64,000 nucleotides of DNA from a virus, in the IMG/VR virus record IMGVR_UViG_3300009702_000001, positions 1-64,000 of that record. One strand, 5' to 3'. Under the pieces are notes generated by a model. The model made no database searches. It was not told the DNA's origin and saw nothing but the letters and a program-made list of their open reading frames with translations. Position 1 is the first letter of the stretch. The number at the start of each line of letters is the position of its first letter. Positions 40,792 through 50,232 of the stretch are shown here, piece by piece. A program made the position numbers and the translations under genes.

Positions 40792-41388
40792 TTACTTGTC
40801 GCGGCTTCCGTGCCTTTGTTCAACGAAAAGCCCCTTGCGTTTCTGAATCAACTTGCCGTAACTTTGCAAGCTGGAAAGTCTACCTTCATAGGCTTCAAAC
40901 AATCGCCTTGCCGCGTCCCGCAATCGTTGGGACTTCCGCAAAACTTCCCGCGCCGCTTTATGCTCGGGGATATGTCCGGCAACCCAACGTTCAACGTCCG
41001 CAGTATAAACCCCGCCTTCCCATTTTTTATTCTTCTTCAACGTTGCGATTTCTTGCCGCGCCCGAGTAACCCAAATTCCCATCAATGCTTCATAGTCATC
41101 TTTGACCCGTTCATAATCCTCGGAAGCAACCGCGTAAATAAATCCGGCAAGGCGCATATCTTCCGGCGCGTCCCCAATCAGTTGACGCAAAACAGATTCC
41201 CCGGAAGTTTTCAAGTCCGTTTGTAATCGCTCCAATAATTTGGGGTAGACTTCCGCTATTGCCAAATGATTCAATTCATCATTCAAAACACTGTAACGGG
41301 TAGGATGGGGAGGGGCAATGGGCGCCGGCTTTTCCGGCGCGTCTTGTTGCTTCAACTTCTTCCGAATCTTTTTCAGTTTCTTGGGCAT
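40792..41388 (-). CDS. hypothetical protein
   Basis: ATG 41388 (MPKKLKKIRKK...) overlaps the dnaE TGA by 1 nt. Confidence 0.6.
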   Translation of the reverse strand: MPKKLKKIRKKLKQQDAPEKPAPIAPPHPTRYSVLNDELNHLAIAEVYPKLLERLQTDLKTSGESVLRQLIGDAPEDMRLAGFIYAVASEDYERVKDDYEALMGIWVTRARQEIATLKKNKKWEGGVYTADVERWVAGHIPEHKAAREVLRKSQRLRDAARRLFEAYEGRLSSLQSYGKLIQKRKGLFVEQRHGSRDK

Positions 41389-44300
41389 CAATCATCCCCC
41401 TCGGTATTCGCTTGATAATAGCGTTCAAAGGACATGACAGGACTTTTGCCGGATGAAGTATTCAAAAAATATCGGCGCGTCTTACCGTGTTCAACGCGGC
41501 TTTTCAAATGAAGAAGCGTCAAGGTCCCGGGCTTAATTCGCTTTGCATATGTTGTGTAATCGCTTGGCCACAATACAACGTCCCGAAAGGCGCCGGTCCA
41601 ATCCTGGCAACAAATGGTCATCATACGTTGACGCTTTTTTGTCAACCTTGTTTCCGCCGAAACGATAAAAACGCAAGTCCGAAACTTCCGCTTACCCTGT
41701 TCAAAATTCTTGATTGCTTCCCTGTTTTCCAACCATGAACGGAACCCGGCAAAGGGGTCCCGCATAATAAAGGCTTCCGGGGTCCCGGGCTCGGGGCGCG
41801 TTGCTCCGGGTTCCATCAACGCCCCCAGGTCAACAACTTCCCCGGCCCCGAGTTTCCAGAATCCTATGCTATGTCCAACAACGGCAAGCAATTTTCCAAC
41901 CGCAAGATTCCCGGCGCCAATGCGCCCAAGTTGGGCAACGGAAGTCCGTAGCGTTAGGGCTCCCGTGTCATCTTCAAGAATTACCTTTCCAATTCTGTTT
42001 TCGTAAGAATTTCCGTCTTCATCTTCCGAGCCCGGACCTTGGGCGCCCGGCCGGGATTCCTGATAGAATTTTACCTTTGTTACCGTCCCAACGAAGGCAT
42101 GATAAATTGAAGAAAACTCCCCATCAAACAGGGATTCAAACCGGCCGATTGGTTGAAAGGTTATATGTTCGCAACGTTCCGTCAACCAATCAACGGCTTT
42201 ACGGGCCGGATGAATACTCGGGGGAAGTGATACCAATTCAAGTTGATATTTTTCCCGTTCTTCCCCCGTGTATTGTCCCGCGTTCAAGTCTGCCGTCAAG
42301 GCATCTTCGGGGACCTTCAACAAGCCTTCATCTTCTACCTTGCTCCAATACTTGTCTTTAAGATGGGGCTTCTTCCGCGTCCGAATTTTCAGGATATCAA
42401 TGACGTTTGCTTCAACGTGTTTCGGGTCTTCAACAAGACGGTCAAGGGCTCCGATTCTTAGGAAGGCAACAACGGCCGTTCGGTTGGCGCCGCTCCGGTC
42501 AATGAAGTCCCGAAAGGATTTGTAAGGGGCGCCGGCAACAATCTTGTCAACCGTTTTTGCCCCAACCCCTTTCACGTCAACCAAGCCGGCCCGGATGGTA
42601 TTGGGCAAGTCCGGGTCAATGACGTAACTGAAACCTGAAATATTAACGTCCGGAGCCGTAACCGTTAGCCCGAGCCGTTTTGCTTCCCGGATATATAGGC
42701 GCCGCTTTTCCGCGTCCGATTCGGCTTCCAATGCCGAAGTCATAAATTCAAGGGGGTAATGAATTTTCAGATACATTGTCCAATATGAAAGGATTGAATA
42801 CCCCGTTGCATGGGCTCGGTTGAAACCATATTGTCCAAACTCGGCAATCTGATTCCATAGTTTTGAAGCGGTCCGTTCGGGGACTTCAAACCGCGCCGCG
42901 CCTTCAACGAAACGGTCAAGGTAAGTCCGGCGCAAATATTCAACGCCTTTTTTCTTCCCAATGTCCTTTCGGATTCTGTCCGCTTCCCCCCAGGTAAATC
43001 CCCCAATGTCGTGAACAATTTTGATAACATCTTCCTGATAAACCATTAACCCATGGGTTGCGTCAAGGATTTCATCAAGCATCGGATGAAGGGACTTGGT
43101 TTTTTCCCCATGGCGCCGCTTGACATATTCGTCTGTTATACCAGCATTCTGGGGGCCGGGTCTAATCAAAGAAGTTGTTGCAACCAAATGGTCAAACTTG
43201 TCCGGGCGCAATCGTTTCAACAAACGGATTGCCCCAAACTGATTCATTTGCCAAACCAATTCGGTATTGCCTTCCGCAAAGTTTCGGTAAACTTCCGGGT
43301 CATCTAATTCCCCCCAATCCTCGGGTTCGATTTTCTCCCCCGTCCGTTCTTCAACCAAGTCAATGCAACGCTGGATATATTGCAAACCGTTAATTCCGAG
43401 AATATCCAACTTCAATAAACCGACCGCTTCAACTTGTCGCTTGTCCCATCCAACAAGGTATTCCCCCTTTCCCGCCTTTTGCATTTGAACAGGGACAAGG
43501 TTACGCAACGGTTCATCCGATATGACAAGACCGGCCGCGTGAACCCCGAGTTGCCGGACGTTCCCTTCAAGTTTCACGGCATGATTTACAACATGGGGCC
43601 ATTTCCTTTTATACCATTGCGTTTCAGGAAACTCGGTAAACGTGTCCGCAAGGCATGAAAACGCCCGTTCATCCCCGTCCGGACGTTGAAGAACCAACTT
43701 GGTAACGGACTCCGTTTTCTGCCAAGGAACGTCATGGACCCGGCCAACGTCTTTTAATACAAGCCGGCCCTTCATCCGGCCGAAGGTTGAAATTCCGGCA
43801 ACGCGGGAACGTCCGTAACGCGCTATCAAGTAACGCTTGATTCTGTCCCGCGCCGCGCCGGCAAAGTCAAGGTCAATATCCGGATAGTCAATCCGGTCCG
43901 AGTTGATGAAGCGGGAAAACGGACAAGCATATTTCACAGAATCAAGGGCAGTGATACCTAGAAGAAATGCAACAAGGGAACCCCCAACGCTTCCGCGTCC
44001 CGGCCCAACCCTGATTCCGTTGCGCCGCGCATATTTTACCAAGTCCCAAATGACAAGGAAGTAACGGGAGAAACCCAAACGGGTTATCATATCCATTTCA
44101 AACTTGACCCGTTCCGAATATACTTCCCGCAAGGGGGCTTCCCTCGGGAGCTCCCCGTCAACCCAATCAATGATTCCGGTTTTGCCCTTGCTCTTTTCAT
44201 TGATACCGCGCCATTTCCAACCGTCCCGAACCAACCCCCAAAGTTTCTTGTCCGGCTCCCCGTCATACTTGTCTTCAATCTTCAACAGGGGTAAGACCCC

Positions 44301-45290
44301 TTTTCGGTATTCCAAAACGTCCGGTTCAATGCGTTCCGCAATGTCAACTGTTACGTCAAGGGCTCGGGTCCAAACTGCCGTATCAATTTCCGGATGAAAT
44401 TTCTTGAATGACTTTTCCATTTCCGCCCGGCTTTTCAGATACAACTGATTAGTTGGATACCTGAAACGCTTTTCATCCGTAACCAAAACGGACTTGCCCC
44501 CCTGGGATTCCCGGAGCGCAAGCAAGATATCATGGGTTTCATAATCCTCGGGGTTCAAATAATGAACGTCATTGGTTGCGACCAATCCCGCGCCCGATTC
44601 CCTGGCAAGCCGAATCAACTGGGGATTCATATCAACTTGGGTATCAATGTCATTCGGTTGGATTTCAATGAAAAAGTCCGAACCGAAACAGTCAACCATT
44701 TCTTCGGACCATGACAACGCACCCTTGTAATCCCCCCGCGCAATCAGTTGACCGGGAACACCCCCCAAGCAAGCCGTCAAGACAACAACGTCCGGCGCAA
44801 GTTTTTTTAGGATAGGATAGTCAATCCGAGGGAAGTAATAGAACCCTTCGGCATGGGCCAATTCAACCGCCCGAATCAACTTCCGCCAACCCGCGTTATT
44901 CTTTGCCAAGCAAACAACATGACTCCGGCGCCGGACCCCTTGCAAGTCTTCAAGGGCTTTGACCGCTTGCCTTGCCGTCAACCCCTTATCTTTTGCTCCG
45001 GCTTTGGCAACGGCTTTGTCTTCATCGGACAACCCGCGTTTATGTCTATCGGGAACAATGTAGAATTCACAACCGACAATCGGCTTTACCCCTGCCCCCT
45101 TCAAGTCTTTGACGAAATCAAAAACCCCGTTAATGTTTCCGTGTTCCGTCATGGCATGGGCTCGGAATCCCCGGCGCCGGAGCGTTGCCCCAAGCCCCTT
45201 GACTTTGATTATTGAATCTAGGAATGAATATTCCGAGTGATTATGTAAGTGAATAAAGGGTTGGGTCCGAACCTTCAACTTCTTCGGCAT
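41388..45290 (-). CDS. dnaE: DNA polymerase III alpha subunit (DnaE-type)
   Basis: PHP domain FIHLHNHSEYSFLDS, GPGRGSVGGSLVAFLLGIT, and polymerase core and OB regions. Start moved to ATG 45290 (MPKKLKV...), because the upstream 23 codons cross a hairpin. Confidence 0.9.
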   Translation of the reverse strand: MPKKLKVRTQPFIHLHNHSEYSFLDSIIKVKGLGATLRRRGFRAHAMTEHGNINGVFDFVKDLKGAGVKPIVGCEFYIVPDRHKRGLSDEDKAVAKAGAKDKGLTARQAVKALEDLQGVRRRSHVVCLAKNNAGWRKLIRAVELAHAEGFYYFPRIDYPILKKLAPDVVVLTACLGGVPGQLIARGDYKGALSWSEEMVDCFGSDFFIEIQPNDIDTQVDMNPQLIRLARESGAGLVATNDVHYLNPEDYETHDILLALRESQGGKSVLVTDEKRFRYPTNQLYLKSRAEMEKSFKKFHPEIDTAVWTRALDVTVDIAERIEPDVLEYRKGVLPLLKIEDKYDGEPDKKLWGLVRDGWKWRGINEKSKGKTGIIDWVDGELPREAPLREVYSERVKFEMDMITRLGFSRYFLVIWDLVKYARRNGIRVGPGRGSVGGSLVAFLLGITALDSVKYACPFSRFINSDRIDYPDIDLDFAGAARDRIKRYLIARYGRSRVAGISTFGRMKGRLVLKDVGRVHDVPWQKTESVTKLVLQRPDGDERAFSCLADTFTEFPETQWYKRKWPHVVNHAVKLEGNVRQLGVHAAGLVISDEPLRNLVPVQMQKAGKGEYLVGWDKRQVEAVGLLKLDILGINGLQYIQRCIDLVEERTGEKIEPEDWGELDDPEVYRNFAEGNTELVWQMNQFGAIRLLKRLRPDKFDHLVATTSLIRPGPQNAGITDEYVKRRHGEKTKSLHPMLDEILDATHGLMVYQEDVIKIVHDIGGFTWGEADRIRKDIGKKKGVEYLRRTYLDRFVEGAARFEVPERTASKLWNQIAEFGQYGFNRAHATGYSILSYWTMYLKIHYPLEFMTSALEAESDAEKRRLYIREAKRLGLTVTAPDVNISGFSYVIDPDLPNTIRAGLVDVKGVGAKTVDKIVAGAPYKSFRDFIDRSGANRTAVVAFLRIGALDRLVEDPKHVEANVIDILKIRTRKKPHLKDKYWSKVEDEGLLKVPEDALTADLNAGQYTGEEREKYQLELVSLPPSIHPARKAVDWLTERCEHITFQPIGRFESLFDGEFSSIYHAFVGTVTKVKFYQESRPGAQGPGSEDEDGNSYENRIGKVILEDDTGALTLRTSVAQLGRIGAGNLAVGKLLAVVGHSIGFWKLGAGEVVDLGALMEPGATRPEPGTPEAFIMRDPFAGFRSWLENREAIKNFEQGKRKFRTCVFIVSAETRLTKKRQRMMTICCQDWTGAFRDVVLWPSDYTTYAKRIKPGTLTLLHLKSRVEHGKTRRYFLNTSSGKSPVMSFERYYQANTEGDD

Positions 45291-45389
45291 AGCGTCCCTG
45301 TAATGCCCATGACGGGCCGCAAGGGGCCGGGGGTCACAATCCCCCGGCCCCGGGGTCAAACGCTTCCCAGGGCTCCCCTGGGGGACGTG

Positions 45390-46538
45390 CTAGGACAATT
45401 TCAGGGATTGCAGGATATCGGCCCCGGCTTCCTTATGGAAATCCTCGGGGGTCGGTTCCCTATCCGGCATACTCGGGGCATCAATCCCAACGTTAAAGTC
45501 CCGAGCAAGATGAAGGGTCCGGCCGTTGACCATACCTTCCCCCGTGGCATCCGTCATCCGGCGCCTTTCAACGGCCGTCCAATACTTAGACCATGAACAA
45601 CGCGCCCGGTATTGGGCAAGCATAACAAGCCGGGCAATGTTGTCCGGGGCTCGGTTCCAAAGGTCATGTATAACGTTTCTGTTTACCGCTTTCCTTTCGT
45701 CCCCCCTGCCGGCCGTCTTGCCCCCAGCATTATCCCAATGGGACTTCAACTCGGCATAAGGAACCCAAGACCCAAGGAAGCGGTCCCAACGTTCCCCGGT
45801 AAACAACTCCCGGAGTTTGGGAGAATCCGTCCCTTCGGAGTTGCGCCAAAACGGCTTGTTACTCGGGGAGTAAAGCCCCCCGTTTTGAACAACGGTATCA
45901 ACGGCAAGTAACATCAACCGTTGAAAAGGAATGCCCCTTGTATCCCAGGAATCAACGCCCGGAAGGTCCATAACGATTCGCTTGGCAATGGACCAAATAA
46001 CCTTGTCAAAATATTTGCACTGGGCTTGAATTCCGTAAGGGGAACCAAACCATTTTGCAATTTCTTCATCAATGGTCATTTTGTCCGACTTGTAATACTT
46101 ATCCGCAAGTTTCTTGTTACCCCCTAGTTTCAGGATTCGCAAACAAGACCCATGACGGTTTGCTTGCATAACCCCATAGTTTGCCCCTGCACCGTCCGCA
46201 ATCTTTGAAGCCCGGCCGAAGGCATTATGGGAACCCGCGATTTCATAGAACGCAATAACTTCCATGATTCGCTTTTTCAAACCCGGTTCCCATCCTTGCG
46301 CGGTTGCTTGTGTCAACAACTCGGTTGACGTTTCCGGACCAATGATTCCGTCCGGTCTTGAATTGAAGTTGTCTTGAAAGTTTTTGACTGCCGTTGCCGA
46401 GCCCTTCCCATATATGCCGTCAATACGCTTGTCATAGTAACCCAATTCCTTCAAGCCAAGTTGATAGGAAAATACGGCCGGGCGCCGCGTCCAAACTTCC
46501 ATCCATACCGGGGACAACATAGAAACTTCCCGCGCCAT
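45390..46538 (-). CDS. PG-binding domain plus GH46(chitosanase)-like putative cell-wall hydrolase
   Basis: LKELGYYDKRIDGIYGKGSATAVKNFQ (PG_binding_1). AFYEIAGS...IADGAGANYGVMQ resembles the GH46 E...DIGDGRGYT core. By-eye call. Confidence 0.55.
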   Translation of the reverse strand: MAREVSMLSPVWMEVWTRRPAVFSYQLGLKELGYYDKRIDGIYGKGSATAVKNFQDNFNSRPDGIIGPETSTELLTQATAQGWEPGLKKRIMEVIAFYEIAGSHNAFGRASKIADGAGANYGVMQANRHGSCLRILKLGGNKKLADKYYKSDKMTIDEEIAKWFGSPYGIQAQCKYFDKVIWSIAKRIVMDLPGVDSWDTRGIPFQRLMLLAVDTVVQNGGLYSPSNKPFWRNSEGTDSPKLRELFTGERWDRFLGSWVPYAELKSHWDNAGGKTAGRGDERKAVNRNVIHDLWNRAPDNIARLVMLAQYRARCSWSKYWTAVERRRMTDATGEGMVNGRTLHLARDFNVGIDAPSMPDREPTPEDFHKEAGADILQSLKLS

Positions 46539-46577
46539 GATTCAAGCCCTTCCTGCCGGGTCATTCCCGGCCGTTGG

Positions 46578-47156
46578 TCAATTGGGTTCAACCCCGTTTT
46601 CTTCCAACCAATTCAAGACCCAAGCGGCAACGTCATTGACGGAAGCCCCTTGGACAACAGTTTCAGAAATGCTTTCCATTACGGAAACTACAAGGTCAAC
46701 ATGGGATTGATTCAACCCGTAGTAAAGCAATGAAGCCGCCCGAGTTGGAATATCGTACAATTCCCCCGTTAGGAAGTAATTGATTTCCATATCGGCCGCG
46801 TATGCTTTCGCTTCAAAGTCTGCCCGAGCGGACCGGCTTACAACGTAATCAACGCAGAATTCAACCGGCCCGTCTTCATACTGTTCACAATGTACCAATT
46901 CATGCGTCAAAATCATTACCTGGGATTCAAGGTCCCAACCCCCATCTTCAACGCCAATGTCAAAGGGCCGGTAAATGGTCCGGCCGATTGTTGTCGTGAA
47001 CCGTTCAAGGAAGTCTTCTTTGTCTAGGACTCCGATACCGTCAAGGAATCCCCCAACCGCTTCCATGAAATCCGAATCTTCTTTGTCAACGGACTTTGCC
47101 CCGAAATGGTCAAGGGCTTCCGCCCATAACTTGCGGACTAATTCAGGGGTAATCAT
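46578..47156 (-). CDS. putative zinc metallopeptidase (HExxH)
   Basis: ILTHELVHCEQYEDG. ATG 47156 forms an ATGA overlap with the upstream stop. Confidence 0.5.
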   Translation of the reverse strand: MITPELVRKLWAEALDHFGAKSVDKEDSDFMEAVGGFLDGIGVLDKEDFLERFTTTIGRTIYRPFDIGVEDGGWDLESQVMILTHELVHCEQYEDGPVEFCVDYVVSRSARADFEAKAYAADMEINYFLTGELYDIPTRAASLLYYGLNQSHVDLVVSVMESISETVVQGASVNDVAAWVLNWLEENGVEPN

Positions 47157-47389
47157 TTCTTCACCGTTGCCTTGCAACCGCATTTGACCTTCCCGCCTTC
47201 AAGACGGCAACAACAATTGAACGGTGTTTTTGTCCGCTTCAACTTGGAACAGTCTTGAACCCGAGTCCATTTCTTATCCGGTCTGCAAATTTCAACGGTC
47301 ATTCCGTTGCACCGTTGCGCCCCCGGCCGGCATGGATTACAAGCGGCAAGCAACGCGGTTGTCCCCAGGGCAATCAATAGGGCTTTCAT
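47153..47389 (-). CDS. small Cys-rich lipoprotein
   Basis: MKALLIALGTTALLAAC has a lipobox (LAAC). The mature part contains 11 Cys. Confidence 0.55.
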   Translation of the reverse strand: MKALLIALGTTALLAACNPCRPGAQRCNGMTVEICRPDKKWTRVQDCSKLKRTKTPFNCCCRLEGGKVKCGCKATVKK

Positions 47390-48195
47390 CGGCTCCCCCC
47401 TTTCGTTGTTGCAACCGTCCGAGTCCGAGGAACAGGGGCCGGAGTCCGAGGCCGGATAGCAAGGGCTCGGACCTTTGCATCAAAGGCTTTCGTTTGTCTT
47501 TGAACAATGCCATATCTTCGGCATAGGCGTTTGACGTAATACGTCAAGGGTCGCTTTGAACCCGTATTGTAATGACCGTATTGATACAATTTCAATTGCG
47601 TTTCCCGTGGTAACTTACAACCCGGAATCAATCGGGGCTTGATTCCTCGCTTGTTTGCGTTATTGATATGGGCTCGGATTTCATAAGCGGCAACATATGT
47701 CCCAAGGATATAGTCCCGCAATTCGGGAATTGAAAACCGACCAATCTTCCGGCGCCGGTCTGCAATGCTTTGGTCTTGACAGGTCCCCCGCTTCATTCCG
47801 CGCAACCAACGGGAACGCAACCAACGGGGAAGCATCTTCGGGGGCTTGCATCCCCGCAACGATTTCCGCGCCGCAATGACAGGACTATCCAGGGGAATCA
47901 ATTGCCAAACCCCAACTTCCGCTGCCCGTCTTGTCCCCGGAATTCCCTTTGCCCATGGTAGGAAGTTGCTTTCTGTCCAAGCAACGGCAACCAAAGCAAT
48001 CGGGTCTAACTTGCGCCGCTTTGCTTCAATCAGAATTCGGGAAGCATACCAACGGGCAAACTCCCCCCGGAAGGAAACGCGCCGAAACTTGGGGGCAATG
48101 CGTTGAATTGAAGCCGCCAACGCGGCTTCGCTCGGGACGTGGTTTGAAACGGTTTGCCCTTGAAGGGCAATCAAAAGAGTCATTACTTGCAGCAT
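47386..48195 (-). CDS. lytic transglycosylase (SLT domain)
   Basis: VAVAWTESNF (catalytic Glu), GVWQLIP and YGHYNTG. Confidence 0.75.
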   Translation of the reverse strand: MLQVMTLLIALQGQTVSNHVPSEAALAASIQRIAPKFRRVSFRGEFARWYASRILIEAKRRKLDPIALVAVAWTESNFLPWAKGIPGTRRAAEVGVWQLIPLDSPVIAARKSLRGCKPPKMLPRWLRSRWLRGMKRGTCQDQSIADRRRKIGRFSIPELRDYILGTYVAAYEIRAHINNANKRGIKPRLIPGCKLPRETQLKLYQYGHYNTGSKRPLTYYVKRLCRRYGIVQRQTKAFDAKVRALAIRPRTPAPVPRTRTVATTKGGSR

Positions 48196-48210
48196 TCCTT
48201 TTTCCTTTCG

Positions 48211-48582
48211 TTACAGGTCTAACTTGCCCATGACTTCCCGCAAAAGGTCCGGCAGGGTTTCGGCTTCATCGGTCAAGAATTCATTGACCATTGCCGGAAG
48301 GGCTTGCCGCGCCGCTCGGACTTCTTCTAGGTAGCATGGAAGTATGACCGTAACGTTTACCCTGGCAATCAAAAATTTTGCAAGTTGAATCGGCAATGAT
48401 TTTTCAAGACCAATTCGCGCCGGCTCGGTAATGAATTCATGGATAGCTATCAAGTCCGTTGCAATATCCCCGCCCAATTCTTTCCCACGTTCTTCAATCG
48501 TCCGAGTAACCCAAACCCGGGCTTCCCTTTTGATTGGTTTTGCTTCGGGCTTTGCCCCCTTGGTTTTCAGTTTCTTAGGCAT
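48211..48582 (-). CDS. hypothetical protein
   Basis: 123 aa beginning MPKKLKTKGAKPE... Confidence 0.55.
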   Translation of the reverse strand: MPKKLKTKGAKPEAKPIKREARVWVTRTIEERGKELGGDIATDLIAIHEFITEPARIGLEKSLPIQLAKFLIARVNVTVILPCYLEEVRAARQALPAMVNEFLTDEAETLPDLLREVMGKLDL

Positions 48583-49348
48583 TGCGCGGTTTCCTCGGTT
48601 TGCTCGGTTTGCTCGGGGGCTTTGGCTTTTCCTTTTGTCGTTTAGGTTTTGACTCGACTTTTGACTTTATCTTGGATACTTGCTTTTTCTTCTTCTTTGA
48701 ATCGGACTGTTCCCGTTTTAGAATAACGGTCTGTTTCAGTATCCCAACAACTTCTTCAACTTCATCCAATGATTCAAGCGCAAGACGGCTTTTCATGTTT
48801 TTGATTGGGGCTTCAAGGTCAATAACAATTCCGTTGGGGTCTTCATAATCCCCCGCTTCAAACGGCAAATGAATCCGAACGGAAAAGGTCCCGAGAAAAC
48901 AACGGGCAAACATCCCCCAATGACACCATAAAGAAGTGACCGATTTCTTATAACGGATATAATCTTGTGATATCCCCAGAACCCCAACCATCCGGGCTAA
49001 AAGTTTGGTTCCCGCAATTCTGATTTCATCCTTGGGCAACCGGCCGCGCCGCGCCCCTCGGTATAACTCCCCCGGAATTCCCTTTGCCTTGTTGGTCAAA
49101 TCGGGTTCGGGTTCTTCTTCATCGGACAAAACCGCGCCGCAAAAGGGACAAAAATCTATATCCGGAAGGTCCCCCCCGCAAGACTCACATTCAAATTCAA
49201 TTTCCAATCCGTCAACTGCAAACCGTTCATGTATTGCAGCAACGGCTTCTTCTTTGTCATCAACCGAATCAGGGTCCAAACCAAGCCGAACCATTGACCG
49301 GGCAAGCGTTTTGAATTTTAACTTTTGCAAAAACTCGGACGTTCCCAT
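48575..49348 (-). CDS. hypothetical protein with zinc ribbon and lysine-rich tail
   Basis: CESCGG...CPFCG. Tail KKKKKQVSKIKSKVESKPKRQKEKPKPPSKPSKPRKPRN. Confidence 0.55.
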   Translation of the reverse strand: MGTSEFLQKLKFKTLARSMVRLGLDPDSVDDKEEAVAAIHERFAVDGLEIEFECESCGGDLPDIDFCPFCGAVLSDEEEPEPDLTNKAKGIPGELYRGARRGRLPKDEIRIAGTKLLARMVGVLGISQDYIRYKKSVTSLWCHWGMFARCFLGTFSVRIHLPFEAGDYEDPNGIVIDLEAPIKNMKSRLALESLDEVEEVVGILKQTVILKREQSDSKKKKKQVSKIKSKVESKPKRQKEKPKPPSKPSKPRKPRNA

Positions 49349-49349
49349 T

Positions 49350-50231
49350 TCATCCCGCCAATACTTCCCGGTATTTCTTAAAAGCCCGGGTCCGTTGTTT
49401 CAACTGATAGATTGTTACCCGGGCAGATTCAGGGGAAGCGGCAAGCCCCCTTTGACTGATTCCGGAGTATGCTTCCCGAGCCGTTGCCCCTTCAAGAATG
49501 CGCCCAACAAACTCCCTGATTTTTTCGTTGCGCTCCCGGTCAAGACAAGTCCGGACCCGTTCAACCGCTTCTTTTGAGGCAACCAACGTTTCAGGGTTCG
49601 GGTTTGCCGCGTCAACAAAAACCGGGGACTTGTCCGATTCTAAGAAGTCGGAAGCATGAATTACGGCAAGGGGGGTCCGCTTCAATTGGAATTGATGCCG
49701 CAAGAAATTCAACATATAACCCCGGATAATACCGGATAAGAATGACCGGATATCCTGCAACGGTTCCATCAAATAACCGTGTTCCCCCCGGCAATGTTCC
49801 GAGTATGGATTGACCCTTTCAAATCGCTCCCCGCAATCAGGGCAGATATAACGGTATTTCGGCAAGTATTCAACAACCGCAATCAAACCTTCCTGAATAA
49901 AATCATTCATATCAATAGTTGTGAACGGATAGTTACTTGCCAACTTTCCGGCATACGGCCGAAGGTCAACTTGAAGTTTCGCGCATAGCCTGTTTATATC
50001 CCTTTGCCTTCCGCTTGTATGCGCTCGGACTAATTCCGGATATGAAGTATGAAAAAAATTGTTCCCGTTGTTCTTCCGCATTTCAATCCCGATTGCACGG
50101 ATTAACCCGTGGTAAACGCTTGTATTTTCTGAATCCGATTGAACCCCTAACGCTCGGACAGGATAGCATAAGGGGTCCCGAATTGTAAGAATTTTTTGCA
50201 TGGGGTCCGTATCCACAAATTCAGTATTCAT
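49350..50231 (-). CDS. sigma-70 family RNA polymerase sigma factor
   Basis: Region 2-like DFIQEGLIAVVEYLPKY...FLSGIIRGYMLNFLR. Region 4-like FVGRILEGATAREAYSGISQRGLAASPESARVTIYQLKQR. Confidence 0.65.
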   Translation of the reverse strand: MNTEFVDTDPMQKILTIRDPLCYPVRALGVQSDSENTSVYHGLIRAIGIEMRKNNGNNFFHTSYPELVRAHTSGRQRDINRLCAKLQVDLRPYAGKLASNYPFTTIDMNDFIQEGLIAVVEYLPKYRYICPDCGERFERVNPYSEHCRGEHGYLMEPLQDIRSFLSGIIRGYMLNFLRHQFQLKRTPLAVIHASDFLESDKSPVFVDAANPNPETLVASKEAVERVRTCLDRERNEKIREFVGRILEGATAREAYSGISQRGLAASPESARVTIYQLKQRTRAFKKYREVLAG

Positions 50232-50232
50232 T

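Noticed and set aside
45291-45392. The GH46-like gene and dnaE are in the same frame, separated by a single TAG with no further stops for 33 codons, suggesting a read-through fusion
   Set aside because: The intervening sequence consists of GC hairpins (CCCAGGG-GAG-CCCTGGG; GGGGCCGGGGG-N7-CCCCCGGCCCC) with non-protein-like translation. dnaE has its own ATG (MPKKLKV) right before the PHP domain. An open frame over 33 GC-rich codons is plausible by chance. This is also a caution for the SSB read-through hypothesis.
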